A stretch of DNA of 64,000 bases from Leptonemataceae bacterium (GTDB lineage Bacteria; Spirochaetota; Leptospiria; Leptospirales; Leptonemataceae), in assembly GCA_965227295.1 (NCBI GenBank), contig OZ245742.1, forward strand, positions 2,624,001-2,688,000, in the 5' to 3' direction. The stretch's first letter is position 1; every line of letters starts with the position of its first letter. The position numbers and the translations under genes are program-made. Positions 7,854 through 18,484 of the stretch are shown here, in pieces. The notes below the pieces were generated by a model. That model was not told the origin of the DNA, searched no databases, and was given only the letters and a program-made list of their open reading frames with translations.

Positions 7854-10706
7854 ATGATTCGCACCGCTGTCGGAATCGCAGTAGTCGCCGGATTTTTTTG
7901 TGTACCCGTCACACTGCGCGCCCAGGACGTTTCCGACCTCGACGCCGAAACCATCAATCGACGCATCGAAGAGCTGACCCGGAATCCCGTCATCCGCGAG
8001 CTGATCCGCCGGTCCCAGCCGGGCCTCGACGCCGATCAGAAACGCATCCTGGGCGAAGCCATCGACAACATGGACGAGGCCGAGATCGACGAGAACCTGG
8101 ATCGCATGGGCCTGCGCAAAGACGGTTCGATTTACGCGCGGCGGGAACGCCTGAAGACCGCGCTCGGCATTGAACCGCCGCCGGCCCTGCCGCCGCCGCC
8201 GGGAACGCCGCGCATCGCCATCGAAAACGCCGCCGAGGGCGAGTACATGAGCGGCGAGGACGATGAGCGCGGCCTGCTGAAACTCTACGGACGCATTCGC
8301 GTGCGTCTGCCGGACGGCGTCTTCTACGCGGACACCGTCGTTGTGGATACGAACCGCCAGGAAATTTACGGCGAGGGCAACATCGTCTACGTCGCTCAGG
8401 ACAGCGAGATCCAGGCCGACCGCGTCATCTACAACCAGAAGTTACAGAACGGTATCCTCTACAACGCCTCGGGTTACCAGTCGCCGCTGTTTTTCATCGG
8501 CCGCAATCTGAAACAAATCAGCGCCGATCGTTTCGCCGTGTCCCACGCGTTCTTTACGGCCTGCACCGCCGAGAAACCGCACTACAACTTCACGGCCTCC
8601 CGGGTCTGGATCTACGACGACAACAAGGTCTTCGCCGTGGGTGTGTTGTATCACGTGGGCGGGGTGCCGCTCTTGCCGTTGCCGTTTCTGTTCAGCGGGG
8701 ACTTCGGTACCGGCATCATCGTCCAGGCGGGGCGCAGTGATTTGCAGGGCTGGTTCATTCAATCGACCTACCAGTTCTCGGATCCGGAAGCGCAGTACAA
8801 TCCGATCACGCCGCAGTCGTATCGTCTCAAGGCCGACTATTATCAGAACACCGGCGAGGCCGGCGGCGTGGAACTGTACAGATTTTCACCGAACTTAAAC
8901 TACGTCTTCGACCTGGGCATTGCCCGCTATCGTCGCTACGCCTTCGACGGCGATGTCCGCGACGGGGCCGATCTGCGCGTTACGAACCAGGTGCCCATCT
9001 GCTACGGCGAAGAAGGACAGCTCGGTTACTACTGCACCAGCGGCGAAGACTTCGAGCAATGGTACAAAGCTTTCGCCATCGTAAACTACCGCTCGCAGAA
9101 CATGCAGAAGAACGCCGTGCGCAACGTCTATCTGCGCTACGAGGACTACGCGCATCAGTTGTACGAGTACGAGTTCGGCGGGCGCTATCAGCCGACGTCC
9201 ACGGTCCCGGCCCTGTATCAAAACAGCGAGGCCGGCCGCGGTTTGATTCGCCAGACGTTGAACTGGCAACTCGTCTACAGTGAACAGCGCGACGATCTTT
9301 CCGTGCGCGTGGAAGCGCGCCGGGATCTGTTGTGGCGAAACACCGTCGATCTCTTCGAGGACAGCGAGTACATTCCGGTGAACGACGTGGTGCCGTCCGT
9401 GGATGTGGCGAAGCGCTGGAACCTGGGCACCGCGCCGGTCCTCGAGGCCCCCGTGTACTGGGACCACTTTTTGCACGTGGACCTGGAGAAACAGTACTCC
9501 GACGGCGACGAGTTCCAGAACCTGAACAACAACGAGTATCGCACGCAGTTCCGCACGTTTTTGTCGTACTTTCCGTACATTACGTTTACGCCCATCGTCG
9601 GCTACGGCGCTCAGAAGACCGTACCCGAGTACCGCGGCACGGATACCGCCTCGGAAGAGGCCCTGGATCGCGAGGCCCAGAAGAACAGCTACCAGTACGT
9701 CTACACCGAGGACCAACTGACATTGGGCCCGGACGTCCTGTTCCTGCGCACGACGTATCGCTTTAAGAAATCGCACAAAGAAGAACTGAACGACACGCCG
9801 GCCGTAAACACCACCGGCTTCGACGGCTCTCAGAAAGTGAACGAGACCGAGCTGTCCCTGGAGTTCTATCCGCTGCTGAACACGGCGTTCACGTTGACCT
9901 CGGTCTACGATCATCGCCGTTTTCAGGAGCCGGTGAAGAACTCCGAACGCTGGTCGTATCCGGTCTTTCGTTCGGACATCTACCTGGATTTTCTGAATCT
10001 TTTTCGGGAAGATCGGGAGAATCTCTTAAGTCGCAACAAAGTGCACTTTATGGGCCTGCGCCTCACGAACGATTACGTCTACGACGCCGTCCTCAAACGC
10101 GATCATTCCAACGTCTTCGGTATTTCCTGGGAGATGGGCGGTTTCGATCTGTGGCTGCTCAAGCGCCTGCGTTACCTGGAACTCACGTACTACTGGTATC
10201 ACGTCTACTTCGATCCCGGCCTCGATCACATGCGTTTCGCGCTGAAGACCGACGTGCAACTCTGGGACTGGGGTTTCCTGGAAATGGAGCTGGAATCCCG
10301 GGCCACGGACATTGAACGTTACTCCCGCGGCTCGGTGGACGAGGAGGGCCGGGACGACTACGTTCCGTTCGAAAAAGACGTGGTCTACGGCAGCGGCCTG
10401 GCCGGCGCCGAGAAACGTCAGGATGCCGTCTTCAACGTCGCGTTCTTTCGCACGGCGCTCATCATGGACCTGCACGACTGGGAGTACCGCATCGGCTACG
10501 AAATGCAGCAGCGCACCATCTTCGGCGGACAGAACTCCATCGACGTCGTGAACTTCTACGATAACCGCGTGTTCTTTTCGCTCACGCTGCTGCGCTTCGA
10601 CATCGGCGGCACCGGCAGCAATCCGTCGCGCTTCGTCATCAATCGCCAGCGCGTGCGTCCGGGCGACTTCGCGCGCCAGCCGGTGGGGTCGACGAGGTTG
10701 CAGTAA
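7854..10706 (+). CDS. lptD: LPS-assembly protein LptD-like outer-membrane protein
   Basis: Signal peptide; OstA-like ADTV..IYGEGNI..ADRVIYN; FTACTAEKPHYNFTA; aromatic beta-strand-rich C-terminus. Confidence 0.7.
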   Translation: MIRTAVGIAVVAGFFCVPVTLRAQDVSDLDAETINRRIEELTRNPVIRELIRRSQPGLDADQKRILGEAIDNMDEAEIDENLDRMGLRKDGSIYARRERLKTALGIEPPPALPPPPGTPRIAIENAAEGEYMSGEDDERGLLKLYGRIRVRLPDGVFYADTVVVDTNRQEIYGEGNIVYVAQDSEIQADRVIYNQKLQNGILYNASGYQSPLFFIGRNLKQISADRFAVSHAFFTACTAEKPHYNFTASRVWIYDDNKVFAVGVLYHVGGVPLLPLPFLFSGDFGTGIIVQAGRSDLQGWFIQSTYQFSDPEAQYNPITPQSYRLKADYYQNTGEAGGVELYRFSPNLNYVFDLGIARYRRYAFDGDVRDGADLRVTNQVPICYGEEGQLGYYCTSGEDFEQWYKAFAIVNYRSQNMQKNAVRNVYLRYEDYAHQLYEYEFGGRYQPTSTVPALYQNSEAGRGLIRQTLNWQLVYSEQRDDLSVRVEARRDLLWRNTVDLFEDSEYIPVNDVVPSVDVAKRWNLGTAPVLEAPVYWDHFLHVDLEKQYSDGDEFQNLNNNEYRTQFRTFLSYFPYITFTPIVGYGAQKTVPEYRGTDTASEEALDREAQKNSYQYVYTEDQLTLGPDVLFLRTTYRFKKSHKEELNDTPAVNTTGFDGSQKVNETELSLEFYPLLNTAFTLTSVYDHRRFQEPVKNSERWSYPVFRSDIYLDFLNLFREDRENLLSRNKVHFMGLRLTNDYVYDAVLKRDHSNVFGISWEMGGFDLWLLKRLRYLELTYYWYHVYFDPGLDHMRFALKTDVQLWDWGFLEMELESRATDIERYSRGSVDEEGRDDYVPFEKDVVYGSGLAGAEKRQDAVFNVAFFRTALIMDLHDWEYRIGYEMQQRTIFGGQNSIDVVNFYDNRVFFSLTLLRFDIGGTGSNPSRFVINRQRVRPGDFARQPVGSTRLQ

Positions 10707-10708
10707 GC

Positions 10709-12187
10709 ATGCTACGCGAACGCAATCAAACCTTTAAGCTCATGTTCATCGGCCTCGACCTGGCCCTGGCCGTGCTTACCTACGCCCTCGCCGTGATCGC
10801 GCATTTTTATGTGATCTCTCCCGAGCAACGCGCGTATGTCGTCCTGGATGACGGCGGATTGTTTTCGCCCGGCGTCTACGCTAAGTTTGCCGCGCAGATG
10901 GTGAGCTGGGACGACCTGGAGTTTCTTCTCACGTACGCATACCTCGGCATCTTCGTGGCCATAGCCCAGGTGGTGACGTTCATTGCCACGGATCTCTATC
11001 ATCCCCGGCGCGGCACCAATCTTTTGAAAGAGATCGTCGGCATTACGCGCGGTGTGGGCTTGAACCTCTTGATCGTCGTGGGCCTGCTGTTCTTTTATCG
11101 CGGCACCTCGTTTTCGCGGCTCGTCATCGTGTACTACGGCATCGGATCGGTGCTGATTTTTTCGGTGGGTCACTATCTGTTTCGGATCTTCCTGGGTCGC
11201 CTGCGTTCGCAGGGCTACAATACGCGGAACGTGTTGATCCTCGGCACCGGCAAGATCGCCGCACGGTTCTACGAGATTCTCAAACGTCACGCGATCTTCG
11301 GTTACCGGGTGATGGGGTTCGTCGGCCCGAAGGCGAAGGCCGTGGGGCCGATCAAGTCGTTGATCCGGGGCAACGTGCGCGACCTCAAGCGCATTGCGCG
11401 CAGTCTCGATCCGGACCTCATTGTCTACGCCATGCCCCAGGACTTGAAGTTGCTGGAGGACGTCATCGAGTTCTGCGATACCGAGGGCATCGACTGCCGC
11501 ATCGTCCCTGATCTCACCGAACTGATTACCAGCCGCGCGCGCGTCGAGGACATGGACGGCATGCCGCTCTTAACCATCCGCGATGTGCCGTTAAAGAACG
11601 GTTACAACGCGGCGATCAAACGCTTCTTCGACGTCGGCGTGTCCGCCGCGGCGCTGCTCTGTACGTTTCCGGTGTACATCATCCTGCCGCTCCTGATTAA
11701 GCTGGATTCGCCCGGCCCGGTCTTCTTCGGCCAGGAGCGCGTGGGCCTGGACCGCAGGCTTTTTAAGTTGTACAAGTTCCGCACCATGAAAGTCCAGGCG
11801 CAGGATTCCTCGGATACGACCTGGGGCAGCGCCCAGGACTCCCGCGTAACTGCTCTCGGCCGCTTCTTAAGAAAGACCTCCCTCGACGAACTGCCGCAGT
11901 TCTGGAACGTGCTGAAGGGCGACATGTCCATGGTGGGCCCGCGGCCGGAGCGCCCGCACTTCGTTGAGGAATTCAAAGAGAAATACGCCGGCGTGCACTA
12001 CATGCGCCGCCACTCGGTGAAGTCCGGCATCACCGGCTGGGCCCAGATCCAGGGCCTGCGCGGGGACACGAGCATCGCCGAGCGCGCCGAGGCGGACATC
12101 TATTACATCGAGAACTGGTCGTTCTGGTTGGATGTGCTGATTATGCTTAAGACTCCCGGCGCGTTGGTGAAGAGTCCGGGGGAGTAG
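10709..12187 (+). CDS. Undecaprenyl-phosphate glucose phosphotransferase (WcaJ-like)
   Basis: N-terminal TMs; KRFFD, KFRTM, RKTSLDELPQFWNVLKGDMSMVGPRPE, GITGWAQI, DIYYIENWS. Confidence 0.92.
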   Translation: MLRERNQTFKLMFIGLDLALAVLTYALAVIAHFYVISPEQRAYVVLDDGGLFSPGVYAKFAAQMVSWDDLEFLLTYAYLGIFVAIAQVVTFIATDLYHPRRGTNLLKEIVGITRGVGLNLLIVVGLLFFYRGTSFSRLVIVYYGIGSVLIFSVGHYLFRIFLGRLRSQGYNTRNVLILGTGKIAARFYEILKRHAIFGYRVMGFVGPKAKAVGPIKSLIRGNVRDLKRIARSLDPDLIVYAMPQDLKLLEDVIEFCDTEGIDCRIVPDLTELITSRARVEDMDGMPLLTIRDVPLKNGYNAAIKRFFDVGVSAAALLCTFPVYIILPLLIKLDSPGPVFFGQERVGLDRRLFKLYKFRTMKVQAQDSSDTTWGSAQDSRVTALGRFLRKTSLDELPQFWNVLKGDMSMVGPRPERPHFVEEFKEKYAGVHYMRRHSVKSGITGWAQIQGLRGDTSIAERAEADIYYIENWSFWLDVLIMLKTPGALVKSPGE

Positions 12188-12363
12188 TTTTATTCATATT
12201 TAGATGATCCCCGGCTCCGTTTTCTTTTAGAAATGCGCGCATCCCGTAGTACATGGGATCGCCTGCGTTTAAGCGCTCTCGAAGATAGTAGGCTAAGTCA
12301 CGGTAGGATTTCGACGAAGCGCGATGTGCGGGATGAATTCTTGATCCGACTGAGTCGGAACCG

Positions 12364-12927
12364 TCATCGTGCGAACAAACGCTCGGCTCGGACCGTCAAC
12401 CCCGGCAAAACCTGGCTCTCCAGCACATCGCCCGCCCGTTTCTCCCAGGCATCGTCGTTGTTCTGCCAGGCCTGAACAGATTCGTTCCGCGGATCGACGA
12501 TCCAGTATTCTTTCACACCGCAGCGAAGATAGCTGTCCGCCTTTACGCCGAGATCACGGTCGCGGGTGGACGGCGAAAGAATTTCGACTGTAAGATCGGG
12601 CGCGCCGTGGATGTGGCCTTCTACAATATGAGCGTTTTCCGCCAGCACCACGCAAAGGTCCGGTTCCCAGACGTTATCGTCAGGGAGGAAGACCGAGAAA
12701 TCGAAGAAGTACCGTCCCGCGTCCGGATGCGCCTGGAAGTATGAGACGAGGATCTCTAGAAACTTACTGTGCGGCCGGAGGTGATCGTCGATAGGACTCG
12801 GACTCAAATGCAGGACTCCTTCGATGAGTTCGTACCGGTGCCCGTCGTCGGCAATATCGAGAAACTGCGCCGGGCTGATGCGCCGGCCCTCGTGTAGCGG
12901 TTTGGATTTCGGCTGAGTGCGACTCAC
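12364..12927 (-). CDS. Uma2 family endonuclease, copy 3
   Basis: YELIEGVL, EPDL, GAPDLTVEILSPST.DRD...K...Y...GVKEYWIVDP. Confidence 0.9.
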   Translation of the reverse strand: MSRTQPKSKPLHEGRRISPAQFLDIADDGHRYELIEGVLHLSPSPIDDHLRPHSKFLEILVSYFQAHPDAGRYFFDFSVFLPDDNVWEPDLCVVLAENAHIVEGHIHGAPDLTVEILSPSTRDRDLGVKADSYLRCGVKEYWIVDPRNESVQAWQNNDDAWEKRAGDVLESQVLPGLTVRAERLFAR

Positions 12928-12965
12928 GCTGATAGACTACACCGGTACTCCCTGGCGATCAATCT

Positions 12966-13709
12966 TTATTTCCTCACCGCACGTTTGCGTGCGTACATCG
13001 CATGCGGATATTCCATGTCGCTCAGCCGCGCCACTTCGTGCATGCACTCGTGTAAGAACCGCGCCTGCTCCGCTTCGCTTAAGTCTCCGCGCATCATGCG
13101 AACCTCGCCGACGTTCAACGTCGCCGTTTCGCGGGCGAACCACTTGCGCTTCGCCGGCGTGTAGGTAAAACCCACCGGCACCACCTGGATCGCAGCGGGC
13201 GCCTGTTTCGTCATCCAGCGAAAGCCGGGAAATTTACCGGGGCCCATGTGCTGTTCAAAAAATGTCTGCTCCGGAAACAAAACGACCAGGTGACCGTTGT
13301 GCAATACCTCGCGCACCATGCGCAGCCAGGGCCGTGAACGCATGGGCTGATCGCGGTTGATGGGAATGCCGCCGGCGCGCGGGAAAAAACCGAACAGCCA
13401 CGGGCTTACCAGGTCATGCTTCATGAGACACCAGTTGTCGTCGCGCCGTTCGGTGAGTACGTAACCGAAGCCCAGGGGAATGTCCTCGTTGCGCTGGTGT
13501 TTCACGAGCACGAGGGTCGGTCCGTCTTGCGGAAGATTTTCCAGGTTCAGCACGCGCACACGATAAAACAACCAGCCGACGTTGCGACCCAACCAGCGCA
13601 GCAAACGACTCGCCCCGCGCGTTTGGCCGGGGTGACCGGGACGGCGATAGGCATGATTGTATACGCGAGGATGATCGGGCATGTTTCTCTGCGCTGCGTG
13701 ACTGTGCAT
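12966..13709 (-). CDS. Lysophospholipid acyltransferase (PlsC-like)
   Basis: KHQRNEDIP (HX4D), GGIPINR, LFPE motifs; start uncertain. Confidence 0.8.
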   Translation of the reverse strand: MHSHAAQRNMPDHPRVYNHAYRRPGHPGQTRGASRLLRWLGRNVGWLFYRVRVLNLENLPQDGPTLVLVKHQRNEDIPLGFGYVLTERRDDNWCLMKHDLVSPWLFGFFPRAGGIPINRDQPMRSRPWLRMVREVLHNGHLVVLFPEQTFFEQHMGPGKFPGFRWMTKQAPAAIQVVPVGFTYTPAKRKWFARETATLNVGEVRMMRGDLSEAEQARFLHECMHEVARLSDMEYPHAMYARKRAVRK

Positions 13710-13728
13710 GCGTCAACGGCTTTTTGAC

Positions 13729-14346
13729 TTACAGCGCGCCCCGCCACCGTACATCGACCCGCCAGCCGTTGCTGCGATGCACGAGCGGATCCGAAGCAAC
13801 TTCATCGTGCACATCGAACTGCCAGGCGCGGGCGTTTGCTCCCGGCTCCGGAAACACCGGCAACGTCTCCTCGTGCCGCGCGTATGCATGATCCGCCGTC
13901 CACCACAGACTCACGATCGTCAGCACGGCGTGCACGGTCACCGCGGTGCCGGCGAAGAACGCGCGGCGCTCGGCTCTGTCGCGAAAGTCGTCCGCCGTAG
14001 CGTAACCGCTACTGTAGGGATCTTTGTACCGCAGGCCGGGGCCGAAGAACAAACCCGCCGTGCGCGCCGCACGCTCCGCGCTCTGATACTCGCGAAACTG
14101 CACGTAGAACGCGCCCGCCGCGTACAACGTCCCCAGGCGCCCCACGGCCAACAGCGAACCCGTCACGTACTCCCGGCGCGTGAAGGCTCCGTAGCCGGGC
14201 ACGAAAAAATCCAGCGCCACATCCCCGTAGATGCCGGGCGGAGTCGATGCGGATTGCGCGGCCGTGGCTTGCAGCGGCGACAGGAATAGCAGCAGCATCA
14301 GCATTAACACTGCCGTGAGATGTTTGTTGTTCGAGGGCCGTCTCAT
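13729..14346 (-). CDS. Hypothetical exported/membrane protein
   Basis: Signal peptide, FFVPGYG motif, hydrophobic segments; co-oriented with neighbours. Confidence 0.6.
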   Translation of the reverse strand: MRRPSNNKHLTAVLMLMLLLFLSPLQATAAQSASTPPGIYGDVALDFFVPGYGAFTRREYVTGSLLAVGRLGTLYAAGAFYVQFREYQSAERAARTAGLFFGPGLRYKDPYSSGYATADDFRDRAERRAFFAGTAVTVHAVLTIVSLWWTADHAYARHEETLPVFPEPGANARAWQFDVHDEVASDPLVHRSNGWRVDVRWRGAL

Positions 14347-14355
14347 CTTACTAAC

Positions 14356-14781
14356 TTACAGCAGACTAAAGCTAACAATGTCCGACGGCAGGGACTCCGC
14401 CGCCCCGTCGTAGGCCGTCACGGCGAAGAACAGCGTTCCCGTGAACGGCTCGCTGCTCACGGAGTAAAAGTTCAGTTCGGTTTCGTCCAGCAGATCCCCG
14501 CTCCGATAGAAGCGGGTGGGCGGTCCGTCCAGACCGAGATAGATTCGGTAGAGGCCCACGGGGATGCCCGCGTCCGGATCGACGGCGGTGTCCCAGCGGA
14601 GGACCAGTTCTTCTGACGCGACGGAGTAGGTGACGGTAAGATTCTGCGGCGTCGTCGGTCGCTGCCCGCCCTGAATGAGGTACGGGGCCAGCACGAAGTA
14701 GTACGGCGGCGTCTCGTCGATATTGCCGCAGTTGGAGCAGACGAGCGCGACGCCGAAACATGTTAACATACGAAAAAACAC
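14356..14781 (-). CDS. Putative lipoprotein with FN3-like domain
   Basis: Lipobox-like Cys; PTTPQNL..LRWD..YRIY..FAVTAYDGAAESLPS. Confidence 0.7.
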   Translation of the reverse strand: MFFRMLTCFGVALVCSNCGNIDETPPYYFVLAPYLIQGGQRPTTPQNLTVTYSVASEELVLRWDTAVDPDAGIPVGLYRIYLGLDGPPTRFYRSGDLLDETELNFYSVSSEPFTGTLFFAVTAYDGAAESLPSDIVSFSLL

Positions 14782-14783
14782 GA

Positions 14784-15230
14784 TTAGTCACGTATCCGGA
14801 CAACGGCCGGCCGGGTCGGGGAACCGCGCAGGGCCAGGCGCAGATTCGTTTCAATGACGGCGGAATCCGGACAGGCCGCGTCCGCCCCGGAGAGCAAACG
14901 CAGTGCCGCTTCCCGGTCGCCGGCCAGGAGTTCCGCCAGACCGTGGTTGTTGGCCCAGCGACAGTCCGGGTTCTCCGGCGCATCGCGCCAGATCGCCAGG
15001 GCCGCCGCGCCCCGCCGGCCCAGAAACTCGCGGAGGGCCGCGGCGTTGCGCTCCGGGGCCGTCTCCGTTTCCGCGAAGAACTCGTGGGTCTCACTCACGG
15101 TTACGGCGCGATCTTCCAGAGCGCCGTCGCCGGGGAGGACGATCTCGCGTTCCACGCGCACCGGATATTTGGCCGTGCAGGAGAGGCCGAGCACGGCCAG
15201 CATTACTATTATAGAGGAAACTCGTATCAC
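14784..15230 (-). CDS. Putative TPR-like lipoprotein
   Basis: VLGLSC lipobox; ANNHGLAELLAGDREAALRLL..A..IETNL; GTG start inferred. Confidence 0.55.
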   Translation of the reverse strand: MIRVSSIIVMLAVLGLSCTAKYPVRVEREIVLPGDGALEDRAVTVSETHEFFAETETAPERNAAALREFLGRRGAAALAIWRDAPENPDCRWANNHGLAELLAGDREAALRLLSGADAACPDSAVIETNLRLALRGSPTRPAVVRIRD

Positions 15231-15309
15231 GGAAAATCCATACGAACGTGTTGGAAAAATGGTTTTGCTTTCATCGCCCTGTCGCAGGCTGGTTGCACAG
15301 GACCCCATC

Positions 15310-15633
15310 ATGAAGCGCACGTCTACTTCGATCCGGGCCGGTCTGCGCCGGCTGATCCTTCTCTCCGCCCTCCCGGTATTTCTGTTCGTCGTCGGCGGCT
15401 GCGGCGACGATCCGAACCCCGGCGACGCGGAACTCACGCTCTTTTTACTGGCGTGTCCCACCGGTCCGTTCGCCTGTTACGACGCCTGCTTCGTCGAGGC
15501 CGACATCGATCAGGACAGCCAGATCACCGGCTCCGAGTTCTTTTTCTTCAACGCCTGTAGCTCCGGCTGCCAGAGCCGCTGCTCCCTGGCCTTTCTCTTT
15601 TACTATCTCGTCGACGACACGCCTGTTCGTTGA
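15310..15633 (+). CDS. Small Cys-rich lipoprotein with EF-hand-like loop
   Basis: FVVGGC lipobox; DIDQDSQITGSE; Cys residues spaced CX3C. Confidence 0.6.
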   Translation: MKRTSTSIRAGLRRLILLSALPVFLFVVGGCGDDPNPGDAELTLFLLACPTGPFACYDACFVEADIDQDSQITGSEFFFFNACSSGCQSRCSLAFLFYYLVDDTPVR

Positions 15634-15672
15634 TCGCGCACGGACTCCGGCTCTCGCGTTCCATCCCGGCAG

Positions 15673-17499
15673 CTACTCCGGCGGGGGCTCACCGCCCTTG
15701 CCGTTGATGCGCAGGTTCAGTTCCGTCAATCGATCCCACACCGCTCGATGCGCGTTGCCGTGTTCGTCTTTCGGGAGCAGGATCCACCGCGAAAATTCCG
15801 CACCGGCCGTTTCGAGGCGCGGCAACAACTCCGCTCGCTCCGCGTCGCTGAAGTCCCGGGTCTTCACGCGCTCCTCCGAACGAATCAGAAACAACTTCAC
15901 GAGAATGTAAAGCTTACGTCGTTCCGGATAACGCGCGGCCAGCTCCGCGTAGACCGGGTCGTTGCCGATCACTTCAAAGAACAACTCCACGTGACGATGG
16001 GCGTCGTTCAGATTCAGCCGCGATTCTTCCGCGACCTCCGGGCTCACTGTCAGCGCGGCGTTCCGGCCGATCCAGGCGCCGGTAAACGTGGTGCTGAGTA
16101 CAAACAGCAGCGGCAGGGCCGTGCTTACGACAAAACGTCCCGGCGCGTCGTCACTTTGAAGAATTCTCCGGAATAGATAAAAGACGTACAGGCTTAAGGG
16201 AATGCGAAAGAATGTTAAGAGATCCCAGTCGCCGGGAAAACCGATCAGCGACTTGACGATAAACGTGATGCCGCCGAAGAGCAGCGTTGCGAGGAGCGTA
16301 AAACGCAGCACCGGGGTTGCGACGAGGTCCCGCGGGCCGCGGCCCGGCAGGGCCAGCAGCAACAGCAGCAGGGCCGGGGCCACGGGCACGGCCAGGAACA
16401 GCAGGTTCAACATGTCGCGGGCGTGGGCCAGGGAGAGCAGCGTGGACGGACGATGCACCGGCGGCGAGGCGGCGTGGGAATCGCCGAAGGCCAGGCGCGG
16501 TTCGGCCAGATACAGAAAGTAAGCCCAGGTAAGCAGTAAGATCGGACCCGCCGCCAGTACCGCGCGCCCGGCCAGCGCCGCGAAAGGCCGTAAGTTCTCT
16601 GCGTACGAAGTTTGCGCTGAATCGCGTCGCGCGAGCATCCACACGAAGTAGACGAGGGCCGGCGCCATGGCGGTGGTGATCATGTGATGCAGCGCGGTAA
16701 TCGCGGCGAGGGCGGCGGTAATCGCCACGGCGAGCCCGGGACCATGGCGCAGGAAGGTGCCGGCCTGGTTCGCGGCGTCGGCGCCGTCCGGTTCTTCGAG
16801 GCAGCGTGCCGCGAAGAAGAGCGTCATGGAAAGATAGAGCGACGGCAGCGTGTAGTGCTCGACGTAGCCCGCGAAGAGCTGTAAGCCCGGGGCGAAGACG
16901 AACAACGTGAGGCCGTAGAGCCAGGCCGCGATGCTGCGCCCGCGCAGAAACCAGACGATCAACGCCGCATACAACACAAACGCCCCGGTGCTGATGACGC
17001 CGTAGCTCTCTTCGATCTGCAGGCCCAGGTTTTGCGAACTCCACAGATAAAACTTCGATCGCAGGAAGAGGACGAGCAGTTCATCGAAGGAGTCCAGGTA
17101 GCCCATGAAACGGGCGTAGACCGGGACGTGCTCCAGGATGAGTACGGAATCGCCCAGGCCCTCGGGCGGGGCGAGAAAGAGACGCTGGCGAAAGATCCAC
17201 AACAGCAGCACGCCGAGAAAAGCAAACGCCCCGGCGATGCCTGCACTCAGGCGCGCGGACGGCGCAAAGCGGCGATGCAGCAAACGATCCAGGGCCTGGA
17301 AGAATCGCCCGCGCACACCCAGCAACGGATCGCGCACGCCCAGGCCGGCGGCGAGACTCAGGGCCGCGAGCAGGTAAAAGACGGCGGAGGCGGGGCCGAA
17401 GATCGCGAAGGCCCAGAAACCGGTGGATTCGCTGAAGTCCGCGGCGAGACCGAGCGCGGCGAAGAAGAGGGCGAGCAGTACGAAGGCGCGCGAAAACAT
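15673..17499 (-). CDS. Polytopic membrane protein (possibly GT-C glycosyltransferase-like)
   Basis: Many TM segments; GDS, FAGYVEHY and DWDL motifs. Confidence 0.65.
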   Translation of the reverse strand: MFSRAFVLLALFFAALGLAADFSESTGFWAFAIFGPASAVFYLLAALSLAAGLGVRDPLLGVRGRFFQALDRLLHRRFAPSARLSAGIAGAFAFLGVLLLWIFRQRLFLAPPEGLGDSVLILEHVPVYARFMGYLDSFDELLVLFLRSKFYLWSSQNLGLQIEESYGVISTGAFVLYAALIVWFLRGRSIAAWLYGLTLFVFAPGLQLFAGYVEHYTLPSLYLSMTLFFAARCLEEPDGADAANQAGTFLRHGPGLAVAITAALAAITALHHMITTAMAPALVYFVWMLARRDSAQTSYAENLRPFAALAGRAVLAAGPILLLTWAYFLYLAEPRLAFGDSHAASPPVHRPSTLLSLAHARDMLNLLFLAVPVAPALLLLLLALPGRGPRDLVATPVLRFTLLATLLFGGITFIVKSLIGFPGDWDLLTFFRIPLSLYVFYLFRRILQSDDAPGRFVVSTALPLLFVLSTTFTGAWIGRNAALTVSPEVAEESRLNLNDAHRHVELFFEVIGNDPVYAELAARYPERRKLYILVKLFLIRSEERVKTRDFSDAERAELLPRLETAGAEFSRWILLPKDEHGNAHRAVWDRLTELNLRINGKGGEPPPE

Positions 17500-17509
17500 G
17501 CGGTGCGGA

Positions 17510-17734
17510 TCAGGAGGAGAGGAACTCCGGATCGATGTCCGGTTCCGGAAGATTCAGCGCGCGCTCCCGGCGTTCGTTCCACTCCTTTTCGTAGTCCATC
17601 ATGATTTCCCGGGCCGGCCAGGACTCCAGGCATGCCCGGAGTTCACGATTCTGCCGGACCAGCTCGGCGATCGAGGACTTCTTGATCTTGCCCGCCATAC
17701 CGAACAGAGAGCCGTGTGATCGGAGGGTGTCCAT
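17510..17734 (-). CDS. Small hypothetical protein
   Basis: Fills the gap between trmB and the membrane protein gene on the same strand. Confidence 0.5.
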   Translation of the reverse strand: MDTLRSHGSLFGMAGKIKKSSIAELVRQNRELRACLESWPAREIMMDYEKEWNERRERALNLPEPDIDPEFLSS

Positions 17735-17743
17735 AAAAAACCT

Positions 17744-18484
17744 TCATTCCCTCATGTTCTTCCGAGGAACATTTTTCATCTTAAACCGCAGATAGTACGG
17801 CGTTCGGCCTTCGTGTTCCATGGTAATCGTTTCGAAGCGCGTGGGCGGTACGTCGGCGGGGCGAGAGCGGAGATAGTTCGGGAAGGCGTAGACCGGTTCG
17901 AACAACGGCGAGTCGCGGAAGATGCGCAGCATGCGCCGGGCGTACGGGCCGTAGTCAGTGGCGAGATGCACGATGCCGTCACCATCCGGGCGAAGCAGGC
18001 TCGCCAGGCGCGCGGGGAAGTCCGATTGCACGAGGCGGTGTTTCCAGTGCCGACGCTTGGGCCACGGGTCGGGGAAGTTCACGATGATCCAGTCGAAGGC
18101 CTGGCCCGGCAGAATCGATTCCAAAAACCAGCTAAAGTTTACCGGGACGATGCGCGCATGAATCATCTGGCCGGACTCGTCGCGCAATCGGCGCAGGCGC
18201 TTCACGGTCTTCTTGATGCGGTCGCTCTTGATCTCGAATGCCACGTACTGATCCTGGGGATGATCGCGGAGCCAGCCGATCAGGAATTCCCCCCAACCGG
18301 AACCCAGCTCCAGGATGCGCCGGCCCGTCGCCCCATCGTCGCGGAACAGGCGCTCCGAAGCGATCGGCTCCGGTCGTTCGGGGACAATCACCTCCTCAAA
18401 GGAGTGGATACGCCGACTGCGTGAGGCGATGTCGAAGAGCTTCGCGGAGAGCTGTGGAGATGTTTCGCTTGTTGGTCTTGACAT
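17744..18484 (-). CDS. trmB: tRNA (guanine-N7)-methyltransferase
   Basis: LELGSGWGEF, NFPDPWPKRRHWKHRL, HLATD..Y, TRFE. Confidence 0.9.
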   Translation of the reverse strand: MSRPTSETSPQLSAKLFDIASRSRRIHSFEEVIVPERPEPIASERLFRDDGATGRRILELGSGWGEFLIGWLRDHPQDQYVAFEIKSDRIKKTVKRLRRLRDESGQMIHARIVPVNFSWFLESILPGQAFDWIIVNFPDPWPKRRHWKHRLVQSDFPARLASLLRPDGDGIVHLATDYGPYARRMLRIFRDSPLFEPVYAFPNYLRSRPADVPPTRFETITMEHEGRTPYYLRFKMKNVPRKNMRE

